Notes: a model not told the origin generated them from the sequence alone. A DNA stretch of 63,013 nt, filler included, from Octopus bimaculoides (GCF_001194135.2; 7 parts of 6 records of this genome joined end to end with filler, not necessarily neighbours in it), one strand, 5' to 3'; positions 1 through 12,279 are shown, counted from the whole stretch's first letter. Program-made: numbers and translations.

Positions 1-38
<38 letters not shown>

Positions 39-2794
39 AAGAGAAGCAACAAAAATTCAATAGGTTATAGCAGTACGTGCGTTTCGTACAAACTTCATTT
101 ATTTATGTTGTGAGAACACCACATAAGATGTGCAATGAAAATGTACTCCTCAGCTGCATAATGGAAAATCTTGTGGAGTGGGAATGGAGAGAGAGAGTGA
201 TTGAGAGAAAGAGAGGAGGATATTGAGACAGAGACAGGGAGAAAGACAATGAGATATAAAGGAAGGCAGAGTTAGAGAGAAAGTTAGAGAAAGACTGATA
301 GACACAGAGATAGAAGGACAGAGAGAAGAGAAGAATGGATCGTAATTTATTGTTGAGCCCGAAAGGACTAAAGACAAAGTTGATGTGGGTCAGATTTGAA
401 CTCAGAACATAGAGAGCTACTTCACTTATTAACAGTTCTACCAATTTGCTTTAATTAGGAAATGAAAAACCTCTCCCAAGACCAGAAAAGCTTGCACTGA
501 AACTTGTGAAATACAAAACAAAAAAGTTTCCTTTTTTTTATAGCATTTACAGTTTCTTTTATTTTCTTTTTTGTTGAAGAAGTCAATTTCCTTCACACCA
601 TGTTCTGTTTCATTCATTCATTCATTCATTCATTCAACTGCACCAACCCAAATTATTGGTGCAAGCCAATGCTGCATTGTCGGTGAACAGACCACTCCAG
701 TAAATCACTCCTCGAACACATATTTTTGTCACGCCTTCTCCTCTTCAGTCGCACCTGTCCTTAGACGTATTATTTTCATGCCCTCCTTTGCATAACCCCC
801 TTCACCCCCTCAACACAAACACACACACACATACATACATACTTACACTCTCACACAAGAACCAAACCATATAGATAAGAAATTTACTCAGCTACAGTGC
901 AGTGTCAAGTATAATGCAACTCCTCCCCCTCTCCCTGCTACATTTTGTACTTAAAAATCCAATGTGTTTTATCTGCTGACATGGGAGACAACACTGTGCA
1001 TGTTTCAGTCTTATTATGACCTTGTCAGTAAAACAGATTAAACTCTACCAAGGTCATCTTTGCCTTTTATCCTTCCAGGACCAACAAAATAACCAATCTA
1101 AGAAGGGGAATTGGTGCAATGAATGGAGGGGGGGGGTACCTTGCAGTATTTGTTTTGATTTGGTATTTCATAAGTTATTGTGAATGTCTCTGTTGTACAT
1201 AACCTACACCGTGGTGTCTTCTTCAAAAGAACACCAGAAGCAAAAAAGGCAAAGGNNNNNNNNNNNNNNNNNNNNNNNNNNNNNNNNNNNNNNNNNNNNN
1301 NNNNNNNNNNNNNNNNNNNNNNNNNNNNNNNNNNNNNNNNNNNNNNNNNNNNNNNNNNNNNNNNNNNNNNNNNNNNNNNNNNNNNNNNNNNNNNNNNNNN
1401 NNNNNNNNNNNNNNNNNNNNNNNNNNNNNNNNNNNNNNNNNNNNNNNNNNNNNNNNNNNNNNNNNNNNNNNNNNNNNNNNNNNNNNNNNNNNNNNNNNNN
1501 NNNNNNNNNNNNNNNNNNNNNNNNNNNNNNNNNNNNNNNNNNNNNNNNNNNNNNNNNNNNNNNNNNNNNNNNNNNNNNNNNNNNNNNNNNNNNNNNNNNN
1601 NNNNNNNNNNNNNNNNNNNNNNNNNNNNNNNNNNNNNNNNNNNNNNNNNNNNNNNNNNNNNNNNNNNNNNNNNNNNNNNNNNNNNNNNNNNNNNNNNNNN
1701 NNNNNNNNNNNNNNNNNNNNNNNNNNNNNNNNNNNNNNNNNNNNNNNNNNNNNNNNNNNNNNNNNNNNNNNNNNNNNNNNNNNNNNNNNNNNNNNNNNNN
1801 NNNNNNNNNNNNNNNNNNNNNNNNNNNNNNNNNNNNNNNNNNNNNNNNNNNNNNNNNNNNNNNNNNNNNNNNNNNNNNNNNNNNNNNNNNNNNNNNNNNN
1901 NNNNNNNNNNNNNNNNNNNNNNNNNNNNNNNNNNNNNNNNNNNNNNNNNNNNNNNNNNNNNNNNNNNNNNNNNNNNNNNNNNNNNNNNNNNNNNNNNNNN
2001 NNNNNNNNNNNNNNNNNNNNNNNNNNNNNNNNNNNNNNNNNNNNNNNNNNNNNNNNNNNNNNNNNNNNGCACATGTGGTAGATTCATTTCTTCACAATCA
2101 TATTTCCGGTGACATCTGAATCTGCAGCCCTCATCCTCCCTTACCGTCTACCTCCATGGCATTCTAACCCCCACCGCCCCCCACTTCATTTCTGTCCTGC
2201 CTGACTACAGCTGCCAGTCTGTTTGTCTTTCTGTCTGTCTGTCTGTCTCCAACACACACTTCCACACACACACACACCCCGACCACCACCCCACCACCAC
2301 CATTACTTGTGTAATATGAAACTGTAAGACTGGTAAATGTCTGTCATTTGCTGAGCTTTAAACAACAATATGGGGATCATCTTACAGTTTACATGTGGGT
2401 GTGTTGTGTACATGTGTGTGTATATGTGTGATGTATGTGTGTGTACGTGCTCTGTGTGTGTGCGTGTGCATATGTGTGCATATGTTTGTACGTTTGTACT
2501 GCTCCTTGTAGAGATCAGATCCCAGCCCCTCTGAAGTCGGCAGGAACAAGCCCTTCTCGCTCTTTTCCAAATGCAAAGGTTCGGCTCAAAAACCTATAAC
2601 AAGCCATATGGATTATTAACTATAATGTGTTGTTGTTGTTGTTGCTGGACTGTAGGGGCCAGCCAGCCCCCTGCCTAAAGTCTCCAGAGACAAGATGTTG
2701 CCCCTTATAATAGAAACCTGAACTAAAATAAAAACTCCAATACATGTGTGTGTGTATGTGCTTCATTGTGTGTAAGTGGTTGTATATATATGTA

Positions 2795-3145
2795 AGGAAG
2801 TGCCAATCTCTAACTGTAGAGGGAACCTGTGGAAGAGGTAGACCCACAAAGACATGGGATGTCGTGGTGAAACATGATCTTCAAATGTTGGGCCTCGTGG
2901 AGGCAATGGCTGGTGACCAAGACCTTTGGCGATATGCCATGCCTGAGGAGACCCAGCAAACCAAGTGAAATCGTAGTCATGGCCGATGCTGGTGTCATGT
3001 AACTTGCATTCATGCTGGTGGCATGTAAAAAGCACCTTTTGAGTGCTGGGCCTCACGGAAGTAATGTGGTCAGTGTTGGTGTCAGGTAACTAGCACCCAT
3101 GCTGGTGGGACATAAAAAGCACATTTTGAACGTTGGGCCTCACAG
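2795..3145 (+). mobile_element. RTE-clade LINE, 3' terminal fragment (ORF C-terminus plus 3' UTR)
   Basis: Frame 2798-2968 reads KCQSLTVEGTCGRGRPTKTWDVVVKHDLQMLGL...DLWRYAM; the 'GxRxRGRP(R/K)KTW...DL...GL...DRxxWR' pattern is the typical RTE C-terminus. Confidence 0.8.
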
Positions 3146-3149
3146 AGCA

Positions 3150-3262
3150 GAAGAGACCAATAGAATAAGTACTAGGCTTACAAAGAATAAGTCCTGGGAT
3201 CAATTAGTTTGACTAAGGACGGTGCTCCTGCATGGCCGCAGTCAAATGACTGAAATAAAGAA
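3150..3262 (+). mobile_element. SINE 3' fragment (family C: gatagaataagtactaggcttacaaagaataagtcctggg...gcatggccgcagtcaaatgactgaaa)
   Basis: Same motif recurs at ~4330, ~7590 and ~47840 in this window. Confidence 0.7.
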
Positions 3263-3483
3263 TATATATATATATATGTACATACCTACATCTATATGTA
3301 TACATACATGCATATATGGGTACAGGACATCAAAAAAACGTTAAATTACAATGAGAAACGAAAATATAGAAAACGAACATTTTTCGAACAGCGAAAAAAA
3401 CAGAGAAATGAGACATGCAACATAAAGAGTATACCCCTTCGTCAGTTGTCCCTGTTTCATCTACTCTGCGTTTCGAAGGCAAG

Positions 3484-3515
<32 letters not shown>

Positions 3516-4329
3516 NNNNNNNNNNNNNNNNNNNNNNNNNNNNNNNNNNNNNNNNNNNNNNNNNNNNNNNNNNNNNNNNNNNNNNNNNNNNNNNNNNNNN
3601 NNNNNNNNNNNNNNNNNNNNNNNNNNNNNNNNNNNNNNNNNNNNNNNNNNNNNNNNNNNNNNNNNNNNNNNNNNNNNNNNNNNNNNNNNNNNNNNNNNNN
3701 NNNNNNNNNNNNNNNNNNNNNNNNNNNNNNNNNNNNNNNNNNNNNNNNNNNNNNNNNNNNNNNNNNNNNNNNNNNNNNNNNNNNNNNNNNNNNNNNNNNN
3801 NNNNNNNNNNNNNNNNNNNNNNNNNNNNNNNNNNNNNNNNNNNNNNNNNNNNNNNNNNNNNNNNNNNNNNNNNNNNNNNNNNNNNNNNNNNNNNNNNNNN
3901 NNNNNNNNNNNNNNNNNNNNNNNNNNNNNNNNNNNNNNNNNNNNNNNNNNNNNNNNNNNNNNNNNNNNNNNNNNNNNNNNNNNNNNNNNNNNNNNNNNNN
4001 NNNNNNNNNNNNNNNNNNNNNNNNNNNNNNNNNNNNNNNNNNNNNNNNNNNNNNNNNNNNNNNNNNNNNNNNNNNNNNNNNNNNNNNNNNNNNNNNNNNN
4101 NNNNNNNNNNNNNNNNNGAAGGCGGACGTTAAACGATGATGATGATGATGATGATGATATATATATATATATATATATATATTAGGATAAGGAATAGAAA
4201 GTCCTTGTTACAGTATTATATATTTGAAAAAAATGAATAGAAATGGCTTCTCTGATAATTTTACTAAACATCTACTCGTGCCAGTGGAACATTAAAAGCA
4301 CATCTGAGCGTGAACGTTGCCAGAGCCAC

Positions 4330-4445
4330 AGAAGAGACCAATAGAATAAGTACTAGGCTTACAAAGAATAAGTCCTGGGGTGGATTTGTTTGACTTGAGG
4401 CATTGCTCCAGCATGGCCACTGTCGAATGACTAAAACAAATATAA
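4330..4445 (+). mobile_element. SINE 3' fragment (family C)
   Basis: aatagaataagtactaggcttacaaagaataagtcctgggg...ccagcatggcca, near-identical to the 3150 copy. Confidence 0.7.
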
Positions 4446-4634
4446 AAAAAAAAAACAGAATACAAAAATAGTGTGTGTTTGTGTTTGGAAGGTGTATGGT
4501 TAATGTTGGGTACATTTTGTGTTCCTTGTTCTTATATCAAAAGAAACCATTTTTAGGTGTTCTACAAGGACAACACTTTCTTAGCAGACANNNNNNNNNN
4601 NNNNNNNNNNNNNNNNNNNNNNNNNNNNNNNNNN

Positions 4635-4646
4635 TTAATTAATTAA
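4635..4646. other. Artificial scaffold-join spacer TTAATTAATTAA
   Basis: 12-mer with stops in all six frames, centred in N44...N44; six identical 100-bp structures in the window. Confidence 0.95.
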
Positions 4647-4834
4647 NNNNNNNNNNNNNNNNNNNNNNNNNNNNNNNNNNNNNNNNNNNNTATATATATA
4701 TATACACACACACACACATACATACACACACATATATACATACATAGTGAAAACACACAAAAAACAAAACACGAAAATAGGTGCTGTAGAAAACAAACAG
4801 ATGTATTAGTATAACGAACGGTAATTGACAAAGT

Positions 4835-4870
4835 TTTTAAGGTTTCGAGCCTATGCTCTTCCACAGAAAG
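4835..4870 (-). ncRNA. Degenerate minimal type I hammerhead-like motif (copy 1)
   Basis: Minus strand CTTT-CTGTGGA-A-GAGC-ATAG-GCTC-GAAA-CCT-T-AAAA; stem III palindrome and stem I partly mutated. Confidence 0.4.
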
Positions 4871-4946
4871 GAACACAAAGAAACAAAGAAAGAAAAAAAT
4901 GTGTATAGTGGCGAGCGATATATATCTATATATATCTCTACCCACT

Positions 4947-5025
<79 letters not shown>

Positions 5026-5116
5026 CATAGGGAGAATTCACAAAAAAACAAAACGTGAAGACAGGTGGTGTAGAAAACAAACAGATATATTAGTATAACG
5101 CACGGGAATTGAAAGT

Positions 5117-5152
5117 CTTTAACGTTTCGAGCCCACGCTCTTCCACAGAAAG
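5117..5152 (-). ncRNA. Minimal type I hammerhead-like motif, variant core CUGUGGA (copy 2)
   Basis: Minus strand CTTT-CTGTGGA-A-GAGC-GTGG-GCTC-GAAA-CGT-T-AAAG: stem I CTTT/AAAG, stem II GAGC/GCTC, palindromic ACGT stem III. Confidence 0.6.
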
Positions 5153-5305
5153 GAACACAGAAAGAAACAAGGAGAGAAAAACTGTGTGTAGTGGCTAACG
5201 ATATATATATAGGGAGAATTCACAAAAAAAAATAACAAAATACGAAGTCGGATGGTGTAGAAAACAAACAGATGTATTAGTATAACGCACGGGAATTGAA
5301 AAAGT

Positions 5306-5341
5306 CTTTTACATTTCGAGCCTATGCTCTTCCACAGAAAG
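5306..5341 (-). ncRNA. Minimal type I hammerhead-like motif, variant core (copy 3)
   Basis: Minus strand CTTT-CTGTGGA-A-GAGC-ATAG-GCTC-GAAA-TGT-A-AAAG (GUA site). Confidence 0.5.
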
Positions 5342-5675
5342 GAACAGAGAAAGAAACGAGAGGGAAAAAATGTGTTTAGTGGCTAACGGTCTATCATATA
5401 TCAAACTAAAGTAGCTAGTTATAAGATCTCAAGAAGAAATCAAATAGTAACGTATGCTAAACAGTAAAACCAGTCGCCATACCAAAGTGTATGTTACTTC
5501 TTGTTTCACCTCAGCCAGAATCTCCGCCAGCTGGTTATGCGTGCAACACCCTGCAACCATTATATACAATATATTGTTAGCAGGGGGAGCAAACCCCTAC
5601 AACCCTCTAGCAGCTAACTGGATCGCGAGACTGACTCAGTTTCGAGCTATACAGTCAGACAGACACACACTCACA

Positions 5676-5811
5676 CGATGGGCTTCTTTCAGTTTCTGTC
5701 TACCAAATCCACTCACAAGGCTTTGGTCGGCCTAGTACTATAGTAGAAGACACTTGCCGAATGTGCCATGCAGTGGGACTGAACCCAGAACCATGTGGTT
5801 GGGAAGCATCC
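5676..5811 (-). mobile_element. tRNA-derived SINE, family B
   Basis: Minus strand cttcccaaccacatggttctgggttcagtcccactgcatggc...gagtggatttggtagacagaaactgaaagaagccc; B-box-like GGTTC; related copies at ~20284 and ~47200. Confidence 0.75.
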
Positions 5812-7378
5812 ACTTCATTTACTGCTTTCCAATTGCTTGGCAGACGGTCAGACAATCATTTAAAGATGTTTTTGTTTATTGAATAAAATTTTTGAAAAAA
5901 AAGCCACGATATTATGCACCAACCCTATATATCATACACATTCACGACNNNNNNNNNNNNNNNNNNNNNNNNNNNNNNNNNNNNNNNNNNNNNNNNNNNN
6001 NNNNNNNNNNNNNNNNNNNNNNNNNNNNNNNNNNNNNNNNNNNNNNNNNNNNNNNNNNNNNNNNNNNNNNNNNNNNNNNNNNNNNNNNNNNNNNNNNNNN
6101 NNNNNNNNNNNNNNNNNNNNNNNNNNNNNNNNNNNNNNNNNNNNNNNNNNNNNNNNNNNNNNNNNNNNNNNNNNNNNNNNNNNNNNNNNNNNNNNNNNNN
6201 NNNNNNNNNNNNNNNNNNNNNNNNNNNNNNNNNNNNNNNNNNNNNNNNNNNNNNNNNNNNNNNNNNNNNNNNNNNNNNNNNNNNNNNNNNNNNNNNNNNN
6301 NNNNNNNNNNNNNNNNNNNNNNNNNNNNNNNNNNNNNNNNNNNNNNNNNNNNNNNNNNNNNNNNNNNNNNNNNNNNNNNNNNNNNNNNNNNNNNNNNNNN
6401 NNNNNNNNNNNNNNNNNNNNNNNNNNNNNNNNNNNNNNNNNNNNNNNNNNNNNNNNNNNNNNNNNNNNNNNNNNNNNNNNNNNNNNNNNNNNNNNNNNNN
6501 NNNNNNNNNNNNNNNNNNNNNNNNNNNNNNNNNNNNNNNNNNNNNNNNNNNNNNNNNNNNNNNNNNNNNNNNNNNNNNNNNNNNNNNNNNNNNNNNNNNN
6601 NNNNNNNNNNNNNNNNNNNNNNNNNNNNNNNNNNNNNNNNNNNNNNNNNNNNNNNNNNNNNNNNNNNNNNNNNNNNNNNNNNNNATATATATATATATAT
6701 ATATATATAAACACACACATAATACATGAATGACTGTACATATATATATGGGTGTATGTATATACATATATGTGTGTGTGTCTATATGGATATATATATA
6801 TATATATATATAAACTTAGTGTATACGTATATACACCGTGGTACATATATATACACGCGTCTATGCGTATATAACAAACATACTTATACATCATGTCTGT
6901 ATACATCCACATATACGTACATACCGATAATATATGCATACATATCCATAAATATTATATACAAACATAACACTGTGTGTGCGCGCGCGTACTTAGACAC
7001 ACTTGTATATATTTATATACATTCAGAATATATATACACACACACACGTTCATACAGACACAAAGAATATACGTAGATCTGTAGATATTTATACAGACTG
7101 ACAAATGCGTGTATATGTATAGTTATAAACATATGCAAATATATATTTGTGTATATACATATATATTATTATGTGTTTGTACTTATAAATATATACGCAC
7201 GAATACTTATACACACAGGCAAAATAAAGATAAATAGCTAGTCATAGAGAATAGATTGCTACACAGACTCAGAGAAATAGTCATGATTAATATATATATA
7301 TATATATATATATATGCATATTAATATATATATATATATATATATGTGTGTTTGTGTGTGCATATGTGTATATATATG

Positions 7379-7442
<64 letters not shown>

Positions 7443-7443
7443 T

Positions 7444-7483
<40 letters not shown>

Positions 7484-7514
7484 TGCCCGTGTCTTTGTGT
7501 CTGTATTTGTTGCC

Positions 7515-7680
7515 TACGCACCAATATCGCTTGACAACCGATATTGGTGTCTACGTCCCCGTAACCCAGCGGTTCGATTAAAGAGTCCGATAGAATAAGT
7601 ACTAAGGCTTACAAAGAATAAGTGCTGGGATAGAGATTCGTTTGACTGAAGCCCCTCAAGGCGATGCCCCCAGCATGTTC
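7515..7680 (+). mobile_element. SINE fragment (family C)
   Basis: cgcttgacaaccgatattggtgtctacgtccccgtaacccagcggttcg...gatagaataagtacta, homologous to 47770-47950. Confidence 0.7.
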
Positions 7681-10036
7681 TCAAAACACGGAAGGAGAAA
7701 TCTGATTCGAAGACTACAGATCGAATCCATCAGTGGAACTGTAAAGATCTGTAAAACTTTCCAGAGGTTTATCGTTTAAGTATATATGAGCATGTCTAGA
7801 TACGTAGCTATATGCATGAGAATACATGTTGAAATTCTAATGAAGGAGTCCTTGGATCTAGGGTAGAAACCAGCTTTTTCTCTATTGGCAAGAAATGTTG
7901 AAATAAAACTGAATGACATACATACATACATACACACACTCATACGTACGTACATACATACATACATGCATGTATACACATACACATTTATACGTACATA
8001 CATACATACATACTATATTATTTGAAGGATATTTCCTTGCAGTTTCTATCAGGAACAGCCACCACCCTGAGTCGTAGGTGTTCCCCACTGGCTCATACAT
8101 ACATATAGAGATACATAAGAGAGTAGGACGTGATTTGAGGGAGATTTGGCTACCGCTTCTAACCAGGTCGAGCAACCGAGTAGAGGCCTTCCTGGATTCC
8201 ATCATTGACTCGTTACGGGCGCAAATGCTACCAATATGTGTGTGTGTTTGTGCGTGTGTACGTGTGCTTGTGTGTGTGCACGTGTGTTTGTGTGTGTGCA
8301 CGTGTTTGTGTGCGTGTGCACGTGAGTGTGTGCGTGCATTGTGTCCAAGCGTGCGAGCGCGTGTTGTATGTGCATGTGTGTACTTGTGTAAGAATGTGTG
8401 TGCATGTGTGTACGTGTGTGCTTGTGTATGTGTGCAAGTGTGTGTGCGTGCACATGTGTAAGAATGTGTGTATGTGCATGTGCGTGTGTGTACGTGTGTA
8501 AGAATGTATGTTCATGTGTGTGTATGTGTATACGTGTGTGTGTGCATGTAAGCGTGTGCACGTGTGTGTGTGCATATATGTATGCGTGTGTCCGCGCCCC
8601 TTGTGTACACAACTCCCTTCTTTCTCTTTTCTCTGCCTCTTACTCCTTCCCCTTTCTTCCCTCTTATCCCTTAATCCCGCCTACCTCTTCATCTTTCCTT
8701 CCACTGCTCTCTTCCCTCCAAACCCTTGACCATCCCGCTCTGTCCATCCTTGTGTCCAGCAGTAACAACCACGGTTCGCCGAGCAAAAGAACCGTAAGCC
8801 GTGTCCGAACATTTACAAGACTAACGATACACGTGGTGGTGGTGGTGGTGGCGGAGATGGTCTTGATAGTGGCGGCGATGGTGGTGATGGTGATTGTGAT
8901 AGTGGTGGGGATGGTGGGGATGGTGGTGATGGTGGGGGTGATGATGGTGGTGGTAGTGATAGTGGTGGTGATGGTTGTAATGGTAGCTTTCGTGGTGGCG
9001 GCGGCGGTGGTGGCGATGTTGGTGGTTTTGTTAGTAATGATTGTGATGGCGACAGTNNNNNNNNNNNNNNNNNNNNNNNNNNNNNNNNNNNNNNNNNNNN
9101 NNNNNNNNNNNNNNNNNNNNNNNNNNNNNNNNNNNNNNNNNNNNNNNNNNNNNNNNNNNNNNNNNNNNNNNNNNNNNNNNNNNNNNNNNNNNNNNNNNNN
9201 NNNNNNNNNNNNNNNNNNNNNNNNNNNNNNNNNNNNNNNNNNNNNNNNNNNNNNNNNNNNNNNNNNNNNNNNNNNNNNNNNNNNNNNNNNNNNNNNNNNN
9301 NNNNNNNNNNNNNNNNNNNNNNNNNNNNNNNNNNNNNNNNNNNNNNNNNNNNNNNNNNNNNNNNNNNNNNNNNNNNNNNNNNNNNNNNNNNNNNNNNNNN
9401 NNNNNNNNNNNNNNNNNNNNNNNNNNNNNNNNNNNNNNNNNNNNNNNNNNNNNNNNNNNNNNNNNNNNNNNNNNNNNNNNNNNNNNNNNNNNNNNNNNNN
9501 NNNNNNNNNNNNNNNNNNNNNNNNNNNNNNNNNNNNNNNNNNNNNNNNNNNNNNNNNNNNNNNNNNNNNNNNNNNNNNNNNNNNNNNNNNNNNNNNNNNN
9601 NNNNNNNNNNNNNNNNNNNNNNNNNNNNNNNNNNNNNNNNNNNNNNNNNNNNNNNNNNNNNNNNNNNNNNNNNNNNNNNNNNNNNNNNNNNNNNNNNNNN
9701 NNNNNNNNNNNNNNNNNNNNNNNNNNNNNNNNNNNNNNNNNNNNNNNNNNNNNNNNNNNNNNNNNNNNNNNNNNNNNNNNNNNNNNNNNNNNNNNNNNNN
9801 NNNNNNNNNNNNNNNNNNNNNNNNNNNNNNNNNNNNNNNNNNNNNNNNNNNNNNNNNNNNNNNNNNNNNNNNNNNNNNNNNNNNNNNNNNNNNNNNNNNN
9901 NNNNNNNNNNNNNNNNNNNNNNNNNNNNNNNNNNNNNNNNNNNNNNNNNNNNNNNNNNNNNNNNNNNNNNNNNNNNNNNNNNNNNNNNNNNNNNNNNNNN
10001 NNNNNNNNNNNNNNNNNNNNNNNNNNNNNNNNNNNN

Positions 10037-10291
10037 TAACAAGTGTATTCTCAGAATTGGTACGTTTATACTGGCCATACTTCCAACAGTCACCCATCTT
10101 TCAACGAATTTGCTACGAACAGCACTTCCCCCTCTACTCTCATCTTCCTTTTCAAGTGGAACTTGAAAAAGTTGATTCCCTGGTGCAGTACCAGGCAGTG
10201 GTTCTCATGACTTCTGATCTTAAATGATTGGAAGTGGTTAACTACAGATTTGCTTGTCGGTTGTTTAACCTTAACCAGTTGAGCATGTCCC
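10037..10291 (-). mobile_element. Interspersed-element fragment, probably the continuation of the 11618-11947 element (LINE 5' region)
   Basis: Non-microsatellite sequence with an open minus frame EPLPGTAPGNQLFQVPLEKEDESRGGSAVRSKFVERWVTVGS; the link to 11618-11947 is from recollection of a common octopus repeat. Confidence 0.35.
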
Positions 10292-10388
10292 NNNNNNNNN
10301 NTGGTGGAAGTAGTGATGATGCTTAAGTAGTAGTAGTAGTAGTACTGGTGGTAGTAGTAGTAGTAGTAGTAGCTTGCCTTAATAATAA

Positions 10389-10605
10389 TCCTTTCTACCG
10401 AAGGCACAAGGCCTAGAATTTCCGAGGAGGGATACAATCGATTACTACGACTCTAGTGTTCAACTGGTACTTCATTTATCGACCCCCACAAAGGATAAAA
10501 GGCAAAGTCGACCTCGGCGGAATATGAACTCAGACTGTACTGATAGGCGAAATACCGCCAAGCATTTCGCCCTCCGTGCTAACGATTCTGCAGTTCACCA
10601 CCTTC
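10389..10605 (-). mobile_element. tRNA-derived SINE, family A
   Basis: Reverse complement of ggcg..gctggcagaa.cgttagcac...ttctgagttca.attccgccgaggtcgactttgcctttcatcc...gtaccagtt. Confidence 0.85.
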
Positions 10606-10627
10606 AATAATAATAATAATAATAATT

Positions 10628-10915
10628 AATTCGTTTTATTGGCCACAAGGGCTAATATCAATTAAAAACATATAAGGACAAAGACAGGACGAAGGTTACA
10701 AAAGGTTTTGTCCGAAAAGGTAGGAAAGTTCGTCTAAACAGAGGAAGAAAACGGAGAAAGATATAAATAAATAGATAAATAAATAAGTAGAACTCCCAAA
10801 GGGGGAGGCGCTTCGAAAAAGGAAAGGTTACACGTGGAGAAACCAATAAAACCACGGGAGCCTGGTCAGAAAAAATAAGAAAGGGGAATAGAGCCCTTTC
10901 TCCTTTTACATTACC
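10628..10915 (-). mobile_element. 3' UTR of a Tx1/L1-like LINE
   Basis: Minus strand pyrimidine-rich UTR ending ...ttagcccttgtggccAATAAAacgaatt then (ATT)n; highly similar copy at 12280-12591. Confidence 0.6.
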
Positions 10916-11617
10916 NNNNNNNNNNNNNNNNNNNNNNNNNNNNNNNNNNNNNNNNNNNNNNNNNNNNNNNNNNNNNNNNNNNNNNNNNNNNNNNNNNNNN
11001 NNNNNNNNNNNNNNNNNNNNNNNNNNNNNNNNNNNNNNNNNNNNNNNNNNNNNNNNNNNNNNNNNNNNNNNNNNNNNNNNNNNNNNNNNNNNNNNNNNNN
11101 NNNNNNNNNNNNNNNNNNNNNNNNNNNNNNNNNNNNNNNNNNNNNNNNNNNNNNNNNNNNNNNNNNNNNNNNNNNNNNNNNNNNNNNNNNNNNNNNNNNN
11201 NNNNNNNNNNNNNNNNNNNNNNNNNNNNNNNNNNNNNNNNNNNNNNNNNNNNNNNNNNNNNNNNNNNNNNNNNNNNNNNNNNNNNNNNNNNNNNNNNNNN
11301 NNNNNNNNNNNNNNNNNNNNNNNNNNNNNNNNNNNNNNNNNNNNNNNNNNNNNNNNNNNNNNNNNNNNNNNNNNNNNNNNNNNNNNNNNNNNNNNNNNNN
11401 NNNNNNNNNNNNNNNNNNNNNNNNNNNNNNNNNNNNNNNNNNNNNNNNNNNNNNNNNNNNNNNNNNNNNNNNNNNNNNNNNNNNNNNNNNNNNNNNNNNN
11501 NNNNNNNNNNNNNNNNNNNNNNNNNNNNNNNNNNNNNNNNNNNNNNNNNNNNNNNNNNNNNNNNNNNNNNNNNNNNNNNNNNNNNNNNNNNNNNNNNNNN
11601 NNNNNNNNNNNNNNNNN

Positions 11618-11947
11618 GCATCATAGCCATGTGTTGAGAGGAATTCTTTGGGGTTTGAATAATTCACTTTTGGAAACATGAGTGTTTTGCTCAACATCCT
11701 TAAACAACCCTTATTCAGGGACCTTTTGAGCGGGATGGGCTACTCGACCTAAAGAAAATTCTAACTGGGCCCCACCTGCGAGGTTATGCACTGTTTATCT
11801 TGATATGAAATCACTATATCGCGCACACATGGTTGTAATGCATGTACCTGGTGTAACCTTATCAGACAGGTAGTCATGATGGGTATAATGGGCTTCGTAT
11901 ATTTTACCCCAGTGTCACTTTGATGGCATGCACTGGTCTCTCACTCA
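11618..11947 (-). mobile_element. 5' region of an element abutting an (AAT)n tract (possible Dong/R4-like 5' UTR)
   Basis: Minus strand begins ...attattattattgagtgagagaccagtgcatgccatcaaagtgacactgggg; complex sequence starting exactly at a TAA microsatellite. Family assignment is inference. Confidence 0.4.
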
Positions 11948-12069
11948 ATAATAATAATGGTTTCAAATTTTGCCAAAAGGTCAGCAATTTGGGGGTAACT
12001 TGGAACATAGCGACGTGCGAAATAACGCTAAGCATTTCATCCTGCACGGGAACAATTCTGCCAATAATA

Positions 12070-12250
12070 ATCCTTTCTACTATAGGCACAAGGCCTGAAA
12101 TTTGGGGGTAGAGGGCTATTCGATTACACCGACCTAAATGTTTCACTAGGACTTAATTTATCGACCCCGAGGGATGAAAGGTAAGGTCGACCTCGGTGGA
12201 ATCTGAACTCAGAACGTAAAGACGGACAAAATGCTGCTTAGCCCATCACC
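12070..12250 (-). mobile_element. tRNA-derived SINE, family A (5' truncated)
   Basis: aggcacaaggcctgaaatttggggg...gtcgacctcggtggaatctgaactcagaacgt. Confidence 0.8.
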
Positions 12251-12279
12251 TTTATTATTATCATTAAATAATAATAATT

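Larger units (their letters stand above)
4745..5398 (-). mobile_element. Three head-to-tail ~180-bp units of a hammerhead-bearing repeat (retrozyme/Penelope-terminal-like)
   Basis: Units at ~4745-4925, 5029-5210 and 5211-5398 share gtagaaaacaaacagat..ttagtataacg...tttcgagcc...gctcttccacagaaaggaac...gtgtagtggc; separated by (TA)n/(CA)n. Confidence 0.75.

Noticed and set aside
1080-1255. Exon after ccttccag, or the minus-strand frame CRLCTTETF
   Set aside because: Weak donor, no recognisable protein, and it runs into a gap.
3400-3490. CTGACGA and GAAA boxes on the minus strand as a hammerhead
   Set aside because: The order is permuted, no stem I hairpin forms and there is no UH triplet (GAAACGCA); probably a related repeat remnant.
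11870-11945. HDV-like ribozyme at the 5' end of the TAA-anchored element
   Set aside because: P1-, P4- and CGAA-like parts are visible but no convincing P2/P3 pairing could be built by eye.
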